In this document: positions 17,914-28,815 of the stretch, one piece after another
Numbering within the stretch: the first letter of the stretch is position 1
How the letters are laid out: every line of letters begins with the position of its first letter
Source of the DNA: Actinomycetes bacterium
Lineage (GTDB): Bacteria; Actinomycetota; Actinomycetes; DATJPE01
Direction: 5' to 3'
Assembly: GCA_035506535.1 (NCBI GenBank)
Contig: DATJPE010000033.1
Location: 35,506 to 99,505, forward strand
Length of the DNA: 64,000 nt
The notes under the pieces: generated by a model
Told to the model about the DNA's origin: nothing
The model's database searches: none
Seen by the model: the letters and a program-made list of their open reading frames with translations, nothing else
Translations under genes and position numbers: made by a program

Positions 17914-19304
17914 GGGCGCAGACGATAGCGAGCGCGCACCAACGGCTCCTCGGCGACCACGGCGGTCGGTGGCCGCATCCGGCCCGCGACCAGCGCCGTC
18001 ACCGCGGCCAGGACGGCCATCGAGCACAGGATCAGCGCGAAGGTAGTGGTCGGGTACGAGTCGCGACCAACCGCGTAGATCGCGGAGCCGAGCGCGATGG
18101 TCAGCGTGGCGGCGAGGGTGTCGCAGAGCTGCATCCCCGCCGAGACGAAGCCGCGGTCGCCCGGCGCGGCCAGCCGCAGCGACGCCACCGAGACCGAGGC
18201 CATGCCCAAGCCCATGCCGAGGCCGGCGAGCACCCAGCCCACGCTGGCCACGAGGACCGGGACGCCGCCCCGGAGCGTGGTCGCCACCGCGAGGATGCCC
18301 GCGACCAGCAGGATGGCTCCGGAACGGACCAGCGCCTCGCGCGGCAGCAGCATGGTGGGCCGGCCCTGGATCCAGGCACCGGTCGACCAGCCGAGCGACC
18401 CGACGGTGAGGGTCACCCCGGCCACCGTCGGGGTCAGCCCGCGCTGGGTGACCAGCAGGAGCGGCACGAACGTGCCGGCGCCGAAGAACGGACCGGACAG
18501 CCCCCCACGCATGAGCACGGTCGTCGGCAGGCCGCGCCGAAGGCGAAGGGCCCCTCCCGGCAGCAGCCGGGGCAGGGCGAGCAGCAGCAGAGCGACCCCG
18601 GTGACCAGCAGCGGCACCGACCAGGCGTCGACCCGGGTCCCGGCCACCTGGAGCGCCGCGGCGCCCGCCGCGACCGCGAGCGCGAGCCTGGTACGTCCGG
18701 CCCGGCGCCGGCCCCGCCCGGGCGGCTCCAGGTGGGCCAGCCGCGGCAGGATGAGCAGGGTCGCCGGGACGCCGAGGAAGGGCACCAGCAGGAACACCAG
18801 CCGCCACGACAGATGCTCGGTCAGCACGCCGGCGATGGAGGGGCCCACGAGGGCGGGCAGGATCCAGGCGGCGGAAAGGACGCTGAACATCCGTGGCCGT
18901 ACGTCCTCGGGATAGGCGGACCCGACGACGACGTACACCGCCACGACGACCCCGCCGGCGCCCAGCCCCTGCAGCATGCGGCCCAGCACGAATCCGGGCA
19001 TGCTCACCGCGGTGCCGGCGACCACGAGGCCCACGGTGAAGACCGCCATCCCGCCGACGAGCGGGATCCGCGGGCCGCGGGAGTCGCATGTCTCTCCGGC
19101 GACGACGGTGGCGAACAGCGAGGCGACGAGGAAGCCGGAGAAGGCCCAGCCGTAGGCCCCCAGCCCGCCCAGGTCGCTCACCGCCACCGGCATCGCTGTG
19201 GCCACGGCCATCGCCTCGAAGGCGACCGCCGTCACGACGCCGGCGATGCCGAGGGTGAGGCCCCTTCGCCGCGGCCCGAGGACGCCCTGGGCCGCGGCGC
19301 TCAC
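17910..19304 (-). CDS. MFS transporter (DHA2-like)
   Basis: FEAMAVATAMP, CDSRGPR, GRMLQGLG; many TM segments. Confidence 0.9.
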   Translation of the reverse strand: MSAAAQGVLGPRRRGLTLGIAGVVTAVAFEAMAVATAMPVAVSDLGGLGAYGWAFSGFLVASLFATVVAGETCDSRGPRIPLVGGMAVFTVGLVVAGTAVSMPGFVLGRMLQGLGAGGVVVAVYVVVGSAYPEDVRPRMFSVLSAAWILPALVGPSIAGVLTEHLSWRLVFLLVPFLGVPATLLILPRLAHLEPPGRGRRRAGRTRLALAVAAGAAALQVAGTRVDAWSVPLLVTGVALLLLALPRLLPGGALRLRRGLPTTVLMRGGLSGPFFGAGTFVPLLLVTQRGLTPTVAGVTLTVGSLGWSTGAWIQGRPTMLLPREALVRSGAILLVAGILAVATTLRGGVPVLVASVGWVLAGLGMGLGMASVSVASLRLAAPGDRGFVSAGMQLCDTLAATLTIALGSAIYAVGRDSYPTTTFALILCSMAVLAAVTALVAGRMRPPTAVVAEEPLVRARYRLRP

Positions 19305-19612
19305 TCCTCGCCGGACCCTTCGTCGCCCGGCGGGAGCGACTCGAAGATCTCCTTGCAGGTGGGGCAGACGGGATAGCGGTTGGGGTCCCGGCTCGGCACC
19401 CACACCTTGCCGCAGAGCGCGACGATCGGCGTTCCCGTCACCATCGCCTCGACGATCTTGTCCCTGGGCGCGTAGTGAGCGAACCGGTCGTGGTCCCCCT
19501 CGTCGGTCGGGACGAGCCGGCGATCCTCCTCGAGGATGGTCCCGGCGCCGCCACCCACCGGCTCGGCCGCCGGGCCCTCGGTCGAAGCCAGCGGCGTGCG
19601 CGTCTCGGACAT
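19301..19612 (-). CDS. DUF3039 domain protein
   Basis: GDHDRFAHY..ALCGKVWVPSRDP..PVCPTCKEI; leaderless TACACT promoter. Confidence 0.88.
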   Translation of the reverse strand: MSETRTPLASTEGPAAEPVGGGAGTILEEDRRLVPTDEGDHDRFAHYAPRDKIVEAMVTGTPIVALCGKVWVPSRDPNRYPVCPTCKEIFESLPPGDEGSGEE

Positions 19613-19645
19613 GCCTGGAGTGTAGGCGCGGCGCCGGCTTCGCAC

Positions 19646-20215
19646 TCAGTTCATCTCGGGGTCGTCGGGGAAGGTGGCCATGAGGGCCAGGTCCCCGCCC
19701 TGACGGCGCAGGACCAGGCGCCACAGCTGGTCGGGGTCGTCGGTGAACGCGTCCCCCGGCAGGGCGTCGACGACGTACCACGAGCCCTCGGCCACCTCGT
19801 CCTCGAGCTGTCCCGCCCCCCACCCGGAGTAGCCCGCGTAGACCCGCACCGCCGCGAGCTCGGCTCGGACCAGGGCCGGGTCCTGGTCGAGGTCGACGAG
19901 CCCGAGGCCGCGCGCGCTCACCGGACGAAAGCCGGTCGGCTCGCTGACACCGGGCTCGGGGCAGGCCAGCGCGAGCGCGGAGTCGACGGCGACCGGCCCG
20001 CCGTACCAGAGCACGGGAGAACCGACGAAGCCGTCCCAGGGGCCGAGGACCTCGGCGAGCGGGACCTCGGTGGGCCGGTTGAGGACGACGCCGACCGCCC
20101 CGTCCTCGCCGTGCTCGAGGAGCAGCACGACGGTGCGCCGGAAGTGCGGGTCGTCGAGCAGTGGCGTCGCCACCAGGAGGTGGCCCGCCAGCTCCGAGGA
20201 TGCGGTGCCGTCCAT
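19646..20215 (-). CDS. YqgE/AlgH family protein
   Basis: DPHFRRTVV, GVVLNRP, GGPV, YAGYSGWGAGQL. Confidence 0.92.
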   Translation of the reverse strand: MDGTASSELAGHLLVATPLLDDPHFRRTVVLLLEHGEDGAVGVVLNRPTEVPLAEVLGPWDGFVGSPVLWYGGPVAVDSALALACPEPGVSEPTGFRPVSARGLGLVDLDQDPALVRAELAAVRVYAGYSGWGAGQLEDEVAEGSWYVVDALPGDAFTDDPDQLWRLVLRRQGGDLALMATFPDDPEMN

Positions 20216-20277
20216 CGCTCCGAGGCTCTCGCGTCGGCGGGAGGCTCAGCAAGCATCCGTCCGTCTAGGCTCCGGGC

Positions 20278-20952
20278 GTGGACGTGCTGGTGATCGGAAA
20301 CCGGGAGGACCCCGAACGCGGGTACGTCGGCGACGCGCTCGCCGACCGCGGCGCGACCTTCCGTGAGGTGTGGCGCGGGGACCTGATGACCGAGGACCTG
20401 CCCGCGGGCACTCCGGACGTGGTGCTGGTCCTGGGCTCGGAGTGGCACGTGTACGACCCCGAGGTGCGGCCCGCGGTCGAGCGCGAGATCCGCTTCCTGC
20501 GCCAGGCGGCCGCCCAGGAGGTCCCGGTGCTCGGGATCTGCTTCGGCGCGCAGGTGCTGGCCCGCGCGTTCGGGGGTGACGTGCGCCACGACCCCGGGGG
20601 CGGGGAGGTGGGCTGGTACACGGTCGACTCCGACGACCCGGCGCTGCCCGAGGGGCCGTACGTCCAATGGCACAGCGACGTCTTCAGCGTGCCGCCGGGC
20701 GCGGTGGAGCTGGCGCGCTCCCCCGTGGGGCCGCAGGCCTTCGCCCTCGGCTCGGCCTTCGCGGTGCAGTTCCACCCTGAGGTGACCCCGCAGATCCTGC
20801 ACCGCTGGGCGGTCGGCGGGCACGCCACCATCTCGCGCTGGGGACTCGACCGGGAGCGCCTGCTCGCCGAGGCGGACGAGCGCGCCGAGGCCTCCCGCGG
20901 GCACGCCGAGGCGCTCGTGGAGGCGTTCCTCGCCGGGGAGTTCAGGCGCTGA
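20278..20952 (+). CDS. Stand-alone class I glutamine amidotransferase
   Basis: [17 protein letters not shown] catalytic triad motifs. Confidence 0.88.
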   Translation: MDVLVIGNREDPERGYVGDALADRGATFREVWRGDLMTEDLPAGTPDVVLVLGSEWHVYDPEVRPAVEREIRFLRQAAAQEVPVLGICFGAQVLARAFGGDVRHDPGGGEVGWYTVDSDDPALPEGPYVQWHSDVFSVPPGAVELARSPVGPQAFALGSAFAVQFHPEVTPQILHRWAVGGHATISRWGLDRERLLAEADERAEASRGHAEALVEAFLAGEFRR

Positions 20953-22753
20953 GGCGCTTCCGCAACTGGTCGAGCTGCTCGCTGAGCTCGGCGGGCAGGT
21001 GGTCACCGAAGCGCTGGAAGTACTCCTCGGTGAGCCCGGCCTCGGTGAGCCAGTGCTCACGGTCGATCTCGAAGAGCGCCTCGACGTCCGCCGGCGGGAT
21101 GTCCAGTCCCTCCAGGTGGAGCTCGCCGGCCGCGGGCATCCGGCCGATCGGGGTGTCGACGGCGGCCGCATGACCCGAGGTCCGGCGCACCACCCAGTCG
21201 AGGACCCGGCTGTTCTCGCCGAATCCGGGCCACAGGTAGTGCCCGTCCGCGCCCTTGCGGAACCAGTTCACCTGGTAGATGCGCGGCAGCTTCTCAGCCG
21301 AGGTCTCGCGACCCACCGCCAGCCAGTGCGCCCAGTAGTCGGCCATGTTGTACCCGCAGAAGGGCAGCATCGCGAACGGGTCGCGACGCAGCTCGCCCAC
21401 CGCGCCGTCGGCGGCCGCAGTGGTCTCCGAGGAGACGGTGGCGCCCAGGAACACCCCGTGCTCCCAGTCGAAGGACTCGACGACGAGCGGGACGTTGGTC
21501 GCCCGGCGCCCGCCGAAGAGGATCGCGTCGATCGGGACGCCAGCGGGGTCCTCCCAGTTGTCCGCGATGGACGGGCACTGCGACGCGGGAGCGGTGAACC
21601 GGGCGTTCGGGTGCGCCGCGACGGTCCCCGACTCCGGCGTCCAGTCCGCGCCCTTCCAGTCGATGAGGTGCGCCGGCGGCTGCTCGGTCAACCCCTCCCA
21701 CCACACGTCGCCGTCGTCGGTGAGGGCGACGTTGGTGTAGATGACGTTCCCGGTGAGGGTGTTGATCGCGTTCGCGTTGGTCTTCAGGCTGGTGCCGGGG
21801 GCGACCCCGAAGAAGCCCGCCTCCGGGTTGATGGCGTGCAGGCGCCCGTCCTCGGCGTAGCGCATCCAGGCGATGTCATCGCCGACGGTCTCGACGGTCC
21901 AGCCGGGCAGCGTCGGTTCGAGCATCGCGAGGTTGGTCTTGCCGCACTGAGAGGGGAAGGCGGCGGCCACGTGTCGGACATCACCGGTGGGTGAGGTGAG
22001 CTTGAGGATCAGCATGTGCTCGGCGAGCCAGCCCTCGTCGCGCGCCATGACGGAGGCGATACGCAGGGCGAAGCACTTCTTGCCGAGCAGCGCATTGCCG
22101 CCGTAGCCCGAGCCGTAGGACCAGATCTCGCGGGTCTCGGGGAAGTGCACGATGTACTTGGTCTCGTTGCACGGCCACGCGACGTCGGCCTCCCCCTGGT
22201 GCAGCGGCTTGCCGACCGAGTGCACCGCCGGGACGAAGCTGCCCTGCTCGTCGATCAGGTCGAGGGCGGCCTTGCCCATGCGAGTCATGATCCGCATGCT
22301 CACGACGACGTACGGGCTGTCGGTGATCTCCACGCCGAGCTGGCTGATGGGTGAGCCGAGGGGACCCATGGAGAAGGGGACGACGTACATCGTCCGGCCG
22401 CGCATCGAGCCGCGGAAGAGGCCGTGGAGCGTCTCGCGCATCTCGGCGGGGTCGCGCCAGTTGTTCGTCGGGCCGGCGTCCTCCTCCTCGAGGGAGCAGA
22501 TGAACGTGCGGTCCTCGACGCGGGCGACATCGCTGGGGTTGGAGCGGGCCAGGAAGGAGTTCGGGTGCTTCGCCGGGTTCAGCGGGATGAACGTGCCGGA
22601 GGCGACGAGCTCACGCGTGAGCCGGTCCCACTCCTCCGCGGACCCGTCGCACCAGACGACCCGGTCCGGCTCCGTCAGGGCGGCGACCTGGCCGACCCAG
22701 GTGCGCAGCGCGGTGTTGGCGGTGGGCGCGTCCTCGAGCCCCGTCACTGTCAT
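20942..22753 (-). CDS. pckG: Phosphoenolpyruvate carboxykinase (GTP)
   Basis: [59 protein letters not shown]. Confidence 0.97.
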   Translation of the reverse strand: MTVTGLEDAPTANTALRTWVGQVAALTEPDRVVWCDGSAEEWDRLTRELVASGTFIPLNPAKHPNSFLARSNPSDVARVEDRTFICSLEEEDAGPTNNWRDPAEMRETLHGLFRGSMRGRTMYVVPFSMGPLGSPISQLGVEITDSPYVVVSMRIMTRMGKAALDLIDEQGSFVPAVHSVGKPLHQGEADVAWPCNETKYIVHFPETREIWSYGSGYGGNALLGKKCFALRIASVMARDEGWLAEHMLILKLTSPTGDVRHVAAAFPSQCGKTNLAMLEPTLPGWTVETVGDDIAWMRYAEDGRLHAINPEAGFFGVAPGTSLKTNANAINTLTGNVIYTNVALTDDGDVWWEGLTEQPPAHLIDWKGADWTPESGTVAAHPNARFTAPASQCPSIADNWEDPAGVPIDAILFGGRRATNVPLVVESFDWEHGVFLGATVSSETTAAADGAVGELRRDPFAMLPFCGYNMADYWAHWLAVGRETSAEKLPRIYQVNWFRKGADGHYLWPGFGENSRVLDWVVRRTSGHAAAVDTPIGRMPAAGELHLEGLDIPPADVEALFEIDREHWLTEAGLTEEYFQRFGDHLPAELSEQLDQLRKRLSA

Positions 22754-22848
22754 GGCATCTCCCTCGATGAGGCGGCGGGCCCTCGTCGCCGCGCGCCTAG
22801 TGACAGGGTGCCCTCCCGAGGCGTCCAAGGCCACCGCCGAAGGTCCTT

Positions 22849-22864
22849 CGTGACCAACTGCACA
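22849..22864. promoter_or_regulatory. CRP/GlxR-like site CGTGA-CCAACT-GCACA upstream of pckG
   Basis: 8/10 match to TGTGA-N6-TCACA in the pckG / L,D-transpeptidase divergent gap. Confidence 0.4.
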
Positions 22865-22952
22865 GGGCGCCTACAGCCCCCGCGCGGCGATGACGACACC
22901 CAGACCGAGCCCGATGCAGGATCGAGTCGAGACGTCGCCACCGGGAGGACCC

Positions 22953-23711
22953 GTGACCGCGATCACAGCTCGCCGTGCCATCGGCCTCGCGGCCTGCTCG
23001 GTGCTGGCTGCCGGCCTGCTCGGCGCGCCGACCGCGCTGGCCGCCGCGAGCCCCCCCGCCTGCGACCAGACCCTGCCCACCCGGCTGACCCACCTCGGGG
23101 ACTCCACCCAGGTGGTCGTCGCCACGGCCGCGGGGTGGGGCTCCACCGCGGGGACGGTGCAGGTCTTCGAGAAGCGAAGCGGCACCCCCGGCACCGGCTG
23201 GTGCCTGGTGCTGGGGCCGTACCGGTCCCGCTACGGGTGGGCCGGGCTCGTGCCCGGCACGAAGCGGCGCAAGGACACCGGGACCACCCCGGCCGGGACG
23301 TACGCGCTGCCCAAGGCGTTCGGGCTGGACCCGAACCCGGGGACGGCTCTGCCGTACATCCACTCGGACGGCAACGACTACTGGGCGCTGGACCCGAAGT
23401 ACCCGTGGACGTTCAACACCTACCGCTTCAACGGCGTCCACGGCTTCCGAGCCTCCCAGGCCGAGCACATCGCGCACTTCAGCGTGCAGTACCGCTACGC
23501 GGCGGTGATCGGCTTCAACCTGCCCTCCCCGGGCCACCGGGCCAACCGGGTGCGCGGGGGCGCGATCTTCCTGCACGTCAACGGCTCGGGGGCCACGGCC
23601 GGCTGCGTCTCGGTCTACCAGTCGGCGATGGTGGCGATCCTGCGCCGTCTGGACCCTGCCCGCCACCCCATGATCGTGATCTCACCCATGTCGTGGCTGG
23701 CGAGCGCCTGA
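22953..23711 (+). CDS. Secreted L,D-transpeptidase (YkuD) family protein
   Basis: Signal peptide, TPAGTY, GGAIFLHVNGSGATAGCVS (His/Cys); GGAGGA RBS. Confidence 0.85.
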   Translation: MTAITARRAIGLAACSVLAAGLLGAPTALAAASPPACDQTLPTRLTHLGDSTQVVVATAAGWGSTAGTVQVFEKRSGTPGTGWCLVLGPYRSRYGWAGLVPGTKRRKDTGTTPAGTYALPKAFGLDPNPGTALPYIHSDGNDYWALDPKYPWTFNTYRFNGVHGFRASQAEHIAHFSVQYRYAAVIGFNLPSPGHRANRVRGGAIFLHVNGSGATAGCVSVYQSAMVAILRRLDPARHPMIVISPMSWLASA

Positions 23712-23729
23712 GCTGGCCGGCCCGAGACG

Positions 23730-23767
23730 CGACGAGGCCCCGGTGCCGGAGCACCGGGGCCTCGTCG
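23730..23767. terminator. Bidirectional hairpin between convergent genes
   Basis: CGACGAGGCCCCGGTGC-CGGA-GCACCGGGGCCTCGTCG, 17-bp perfect stem. Confidence 0.8.
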
Positions 23768-23777
23768 TGCGGCTTCG

Positions 23778-23981
23778 TCAGATCGCGCGGACGGCGTCCG
23801 CCTGCGGGCCCTTCTGGCCCTGCGTCACCTCGAACTCGACGCGCTGCCCCTCGTCGAGGCTGCGGTAGCCGTCGGATGCGATGGCGGAGTAGTGGACGAA
23901 CACGTCGGGTCCGCCGCCGTCCTGGGCGATGAAGCCGTAGCCCTTCTCAGCGTTGAACCACTTGACGGTGCCCTGAGCCAT
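23778..23981 (-). CDS. cspA: Cold-shock protein
   Basis: [26 protein letters not shown]; AGAAGGAG RBS. Confidence 0.97.
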   Translation of the reverse strand: MAQGTVKWFNAEKGYGFIAQDGGGPDVFVHYSAIASDGYRSLDEGQRVEFEVTQGQKGPQADAVRAI

Positions 23982-24169
23982 GGAGATCTCCTTCTGGGGT
24001 CGACGCCGGGACCTCGTCCCTCGTCGTCGTCCACCGCACTTTGCGGTGCACGCGGCTGCCTTGCGCCGTCCCACATCCGGACCTCGGGTCGTGCACACGA
24101 AACCCCCCGTTCACGTCCCGGGGCGCTCGTGCCGTACTGCGAACTGCTCAAGCAACCGGGCCGAAGGTA
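23982..24169 (-). promoter_or_regulatory. cspA promoter (-10 TACCTT at 24169-24164) and ~175-nt structured 5' UTR
   Basis: Long non-coding leader containing the hairpin CACCGC-AAAGT-GCGGTG; TSS inferred. Confidence 0.5.
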
Positions 24170-24255
24170 CCACGCGGCCCCTCACCGCACGTAGCCACGA
24201 ACCGGTCAGGTCACGGCGCGGTTGGGCCGACGCAATCCGGGGAAGGAGGTGTCCG

Positions 24256-25329
24256 ATGAGAGCTCCGACACTGGTGGCCGCCGCCGCGCTCGCCGGTCTG
24301 GGCTTCGGCGCCGCCCTGGGCGTCGGCCTGGCCGCGGCCGCCGATGGCGGCTCTGCGTCTCCGAACGCGCCCGGCCCGCCCGCCGCCACCACCGGCCAGG
24401 CGTCCACCGAAGCCTCCAGCAGCCCGACCCCCTCCTCGGCCACGTCGGCGTCGCCCAGTGCCGGCTCCGGGTGGTCGGTCACGCTCAGGGCGCCCGGCGT
24501 GGACGTCCTCCAACCGATCGCCCTCAGCGGCACCGTGCAGGCGGCCCCCGGCGATCCGGCCCGGCCGACGTACGCCGTCCTCGAGCGCTGGGTCTCGCCG
24601 TCCTGGACCCCCGTGCACCAGGTCCCCCTCACCTGGACGGGGAGCGCCGCCACCCTCGCGACGACCTACGCCCGGACCGCCAGCCCGGGCACGTACGCGC
24701 TCCGCCTCGCCGTGACGACCACGCCCGGCGTCACCGTGCTCGGCAGCGTGACGGTGCCGGTACGGGCGGCCATCGACATCAGCGTCTCCGGGCCGTTGAC
24801 CCGTGCCGACCTGCCCTTCACCTATCGCGCCGGCTGCCCGGTGCCGCCCTCGAGGCTGCGCCGGGTCGACATGAACTTCTGGTCCTTCCAGCCGGGCATC
24901 GTCGCCCGTGGCAGCCTCATCGTGAAGGACTCGCTCGTGCCGGACGTCCGGCGCGCGTTCACCCGGATCTTCGCGGCGCACTTCCCGATCCACAAGATGT
25001 TCCCCGCCGACCGCTACGGCGGGAAGGACGTCCGGGCGATGGCGGCCGACGACACCTCGGCCTTCAACTGCCGGACCGTGACCGGGAACCCCTACCGCAT
25101 CTCCCAGCACAGCTACGGCAACGCGATCGACATCAACACCTGGGAGAACCCCTACGTCACGCCGTCGCACGTCTACCCCTCGCGCCACTTCTTGCGACGC
25201 AGTCCCTACCGGATGGGCATGATCGTCAAGCACGGCCCCGTGCAGCGCGCGTTCACGGCGCTGGGCTGGCTGTGGGGAGCGCGCTGGAGCCACCCGGACT
25301 ACCAGCACTTCTCGTCGAACGGAGGCTGA
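24256..25329 (+). CDS. Secreted M15-family D,D-carboxypeptidase-like metallopeptidase
   Basis: FNCR, SQHSYGNAID, DYQHF zinc motifs; signal peptide and Ser/Pro linker; AAGGAGG RBS. Confidence 0.87.
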   Translation: MRAPTLVAAAALAGLGFGAALGVGLAAAADGGSASPNAPGPPAATTGQASTEASSSPTPSSATSASPSAGSGWSVTLRAPGVDVLQPIALSGTVQAAPGDPARPTYAVLERWVSPSWTPVHQVPLTWTGSAATLATTYARTASPGTYALRLAVTTTPGVTVLGSVTVPVRAAIDISVSGPLTRADLPFTYRAGCPVPPSRLRRVDMNFWSFQPGIVARGSLIVKDSLVPDVRRAFTRIFAAHFPIHKMFPADRYGGKDVRAMAADDTSAFNCRTVTGNPYRISQHSYGNAIDINTWENPYVTPSHVYPSRHFLRRSPYRMGMIVKHGPVQRAFTALGWLWGARWSHPDYQHFSSNGG

Positions 25330-25333
25330 GCCC

Positions 25334-26176
25334 GTGGCGGGTACGGACGGCGCCAGCCGCCCGGCGGTGCTCGTGGCCGGCATCGCCTTCGTCGTCGCGG
25401 CCGTCGTCGGCGCCATCGCCGCGCTGGCGCTGTCCTCGGGCCCGAGCCGCCACGTCGGAGGCGCCTCGGCAGCGGTGCCCGCCCCGTCGACCCCGAAGGC
25501 CTCGGACCGGCGGACGTCCGGGACGTCGACGTCGACCCGGTCCCCGTCGGGGACCCCGAGCCGGTCCCCGGCGAGCCTGCCCGGCCAGCCCGACCGGACC
25601 TCCGGTGGTCTCACGGCCCGCACCCTGCCCAGTGCAGGCTCCCTGGGCGTGGGATGGATCTATCGCGTCGACCGGGGCTCCGCGGAGGCGGGCTACGTCG
25701 GGAACGGCACGCCGACCCTCGCCCGGGACCCGCACGAGGTCGTGCTGACCGCGGTACCCCTCGGCTGCGAGCAGCGCTCGCAGCTGCCGGTCCCCGCCCA
25801 CGTGCTGGAGACCGACTACCGGCAACGGGCCCGCGGGACCGCCGGCGTGGGGCTGCGCCTGCGCTTCAGCACCCCCGCGGCGGCCGGCCGCTTCGAGGCG
25901 CTCCGGCGCGAGGACCTCGAGGCGTGCGCCCGCCAGCCGCTGGAGCCGGGCGACGGCGGGGTCCACCTGGTGAGCGGGGTGCGGTCGAGCGGCCGGGGTA
26001 CCTACGTCTCCGCGCGCACCGACGCGTCCCTGCCGGCCGGCCAGCGGACCTGGACCGAGGTCGCCGCCTGGATCGGGGGACGCGACGTGGTGCTGCTCGC
26101 GGTCAACGCCGCCCCGGGTTCCCCGGTCGCCGACGTCGCGCGGCTGTCCGAGGCGGCTGGGTCGATCCTGCGCTGA
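25334..26176 (+). CDS. Hypothetical membrane-anchored extracytoplasmic protein
   Basis: N-terminal TM, Ser/Thr/Pro linker, globular domain with two Cys; no family recognised. Confidence 0.6.
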   Translation: MAGTDGASRPAVLVAGIAFVVAAVVGAIAALALSSGPSRHVGGASAAVPAPSTPKASDRRTSGTSTSTRSPSGTPSRSPASLPGQPDRTSGGLTARTLPSAGSLGVGWIYRVDRGSAEAGYVGNGTPTLARDPHEVVLTAVPLGCEQRSQLPVPAHVLETDYRQRARGTAGVGLRLRFSTPAAAGRFEALRREDLEACARQPLEPGDGGVHLVSGVRSSGRGTYVSARTDASLPAGQRTWTEVAAWIGGRDVVLLAVNAAPGSPVADVARLSEAAGSILR

Positions 26177-26177
26177 G

Positions 26178-27101
26178 TCAGCCCGCGAGCTGCTGCAGCA
26201 CCTCCCGGAGGGTGAACGCCGCGCGCGGCGGGCGCCCGGTCCTCGCGACGGACATCCGCACCTGGGCGTTCTGCCACGAGCACACGCTGCGCACCTCACC
26301 GTCCACCCGTCCGGAGACGCAGTCGATCGGGGGGGAGCCGTGGCCCATCCCGCTGAGGCGGACCAGGCTCGTCCGCTGGGCGGGGTCGCCCATCGCGGAC
26401 TCGAGGAGGGACACCAGGCGGGCCTTGAGCGCGGCGCCTGACACGGATCGAGCCTCGCCAGGCCGCAGTGCCGAGGCGATGAAGAAGAAGCGGTCGCTGC
26501 CGAGGCCGTAGAACGACGCCACCGCACGGTGCCCGCCGCGGGCAGCCTCGGTCACGACGTGCGCGGCCAGCGACCGGGAGACGGGGTCGACCGCCCACGG
26601 CACGCCGGCGAGGTCCGACGGGGTGGACCTGGGAAGGCGTACGCGAGCGGACGGGAACGGCCGCGACGGCGGCGCCGGCCGTGAGCTCGGGGCGTTCGAG
26701 CCGGCGGAGGATGCCGAGGAGTGCGTGGTGGTCCACGCGTACCAGCCGCCGACGGCGAGGAGCGCGCAGAGCGCGACCGCGACGAGCGAGCGGGTCGAGG
26801 GGCGCGGCAGGCGTGGTGTGCCCCGGCGACGCACGACCGGCCGACGGGCTGCCGCCGCCGGCGGCCGGCTGGGGGCCGGGTCGGCCACCGCGATCATCGG
26901 CTGCGGGACGGGAGGCTGCGGGACGGGAGGCTGCGGGACGGGAATGGGAGCTGGAGGCGCTGCAGCGGGGGCCGCCAGCGCGCTGGGCAGGGGCCGCGTC
27001 TGCGGGCCCCAGGCAGAGCCGTCCCACCAGCGGGCCAGGCCGGGGTCGGTGGGATCCCGGTACCAGCCAGCCCCCGGTACGACGTCCGTCGCCGCGCTCA
27101 T
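26178..27101 (-). CDS. DUF2510 domain membrane protein
   Basis: GAGWYRDP..ARWWDGSAWGPQTR, Pro-rich linker, TM. Confidence 0.8.
   Translation of the reverse strand: MSAATDVVPGAGWYRDPTDPGLARWWDGSAWGPQTRPLPSALAAPAAAPPAPIPVPQPPVPQPPVPQPMIAVADPAPSRPPAAAARRPVVRRRGTPRLPRPSTRSLVAVALCALLAVGGWYAWTTTHSSASSAGSNAPSSRPAPPSRPFPSARVRLPRSTPSDLAGVPWAVDPVSRSLAAHVVTEAARGGHRAVASFYGLGSDRFFFIASALRPGEARSVSGAALKARLVSLLESAMGDPAQRTSLVRLSGMGHGSPPIDCVSGRVDGEVRSVCSWQNAQVRMSVARTGRPPRAAFTLREVLQQLAG
26899..26943. repeat. 15-bp tandem repeat (GGCTGCGGGACGGGA)x3 encoding the PVPQP linker
   Basis: Three exact units, read directly. Confidence 0.9.
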
Positions 27102-27226
27102 GGCATGTCCTCGTCGGTTGCGGCGGCCCTGACGGGTCACCTCCCTGAGGATCATCGGCACGGGGCGCGCTGTCGTTGAGGGGTCCGGGGCGCCCACCGG
27201 TCCCTGGGGCGCCTAGCCTTGAGGGC

Positions 27227-28570
27227 ATGCTCGGGGCGAGGAGCGGCCCGCACTGGATCGGGCCGGTCGAGCTGGTCTGGCGCGCGCGTGGTGCCCTGCG
27301 ACGGCGCGACGGCGGGTCGGTGCTGCGCCGCATCACCAACGGCGCCACGACGGCCACCGGCCTGCGCATCCGCGGCCAGCACACCCTGATCCTCCTGGAC
27401 CCCGCGCACGCCGGTGAGCTCCTGGTCGACCTGGCACCCTCGACCACGAAGGGACCCGGGCTCCAGCTGACCAGGCCGCTGCTCGGCAACGGCCTGCTGA
27501 CCAGCGAGGGAGAGGAGCACCGGCGGGTACGCCGGCTCGTCGCGCCGGCCTTCTCGCCGAAGCGGCTGGCGGGCTACGTCGACACCTTCGCCGGGCGCAC
27601 CGAGGCGATGCTGGAGCGCTGGTCGGACGGCGCGACCGTGGACGTCTACGACGAGATGGGCGCCCTGACGCTGGACATCGTCGGCCAGACCCTGCTCGGC
27701 CTGGACCTCAGCGCCGACACGACCGGCATCCGCTCGGCCCTGGAGGCGGGGCTGACCGCGTTCGCGCAGATCGGGTTCCCGCTGACGCCGCGACGCGGCG
27801 TCCCGGCCGACCTGACCCGGCTCGCCCCGCCCGAGCTCGACGCGGTGCACCGCGTGGTCGACGAGATCATCGAGACCCGGCGCGGCTCGACCCTCGGCGA
27901 CCGTGGGGACGTGGTCTCCGCGCTGCTCGCCGCCGCCGCTGAACCCCGCGGGCTCACGCCGCAGGAGGTGCACGACAACGTCGTGACCCTGCTGATGGCC
28001 GGGCACGAGACGACCGCCAACGCGCTCGCGTGGACCTTCCACCTGCTGGGTCGCCACCGCGACGTGGAACGCGCCCTGCGGGCGGAGGTGGACGGCCTCG
28101 GCGGGCGGGCGGTCACGAGCGAGGACCTGCCCCGGCTCACCTACACCAGGGCCGTGGTCAGCGAGTCGATCCGCCTGTTCCCACCCGCCTGGGTCATGGG
28201 CCGTACCGTCACCAGCGACGCGCGCTTCGGCGAGTGGCGGGTCCCGGCCGGCTCGACCGTCGCGGTCAGTCCCCTGCTCATGCAGCACGACGAGCGCTGG
28301 TTCCCCGAACCGGAGCGCTTTGATCCCCAGCGGTGGCTCGACGAGCGCAAGGACACGGTGCCGCGCTACGCCTACATCCCGTTCGGAACGGGGCCGCGGT
28401 CGTGCATCGGCGAGCAGTTCGCGTGGATGGAGGCCGTCACCGTGCTCGCCACCGTCGCCGCCCGAGTCGCGTTGCGGCCGGTGACCGGCCACACGGTGAC
28501 ACCGCAGTTCCGGGTCACGCTCCGTCCGGGAAACGGCATGCCCATGACGGTGGTCCGGAACACCGAATGA
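27227..28570 (+). CDS. Cytochrome P450
   Basis: AGHETTA I-helix, ESIR (ExxR), [14 protein letters not shown] heme Cys; leaderless TAGCCT. Confidence 0.95.
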   Translation: MLGARSGPHWIGPVELVWRARGALRRRDGGSVLRRITNGATTATGLRIRGQHTLILLDPAHAGELLVDLAPSTTKGPGLQLTRPLLGNGLLTSEGEEHRRVRRLVAPAFSPKRLAGYVDTFAGRTEAMLERWSDGATVDVYDEMGALTLDIVGQTLLGLDLSADTTGIRSALEAGLTAFAQIGFPLTPRRGVPADLTRLAPPELDAVHRVVDEIIETRRGSTLGDRGDVVSALLAAAAEPRGLTPQEVHDNVVTLLMAGHETTANALAWTFHLLGRHRDVERALRAEVDGLGGRAVTSEDLPRLTYTRAVVSESIRLFPPAWVMGRTVTSDARFGEWRVPAGSTVAVSPLLMQHDERWFPEPERFDPQRWLDERKDTVPRYAYIPFGTGPRSCIGEQFAWMEAVTVLATVAARVALRPVTGHTVTPQFRVTLRPGNGMPMTVVRNTE

Positions 28571-28815
28571 CCTGCGGTCACGGGTACGCCCGTTCGGGTG
28601 AGGTCTAGACGCACGGTAGCCGTCTCTCACCCTGGGTGATCGGGCCTCACCCCCGTGGCGTAGCGCGGCGCACGAGGTGTCAGGAGAACGGAGGATGCCC
28701 GCTCCGACACGGACTCCTATCGTGATTCTCGGACGTCTCGCTCGCCGGGACGCCCAGCCCTTGGGGGGGCGTACGCATGGGGAGGCCTGCTTCGGCAGGC
28801 ACGGAGGGCTGATCG

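Noticed and set aside
28602-28611. DasR/NagR-type site GGTCTAGACG
   Set aside because: Only the core matches, the flanks do not, and no amino-sugar gene is adjacent
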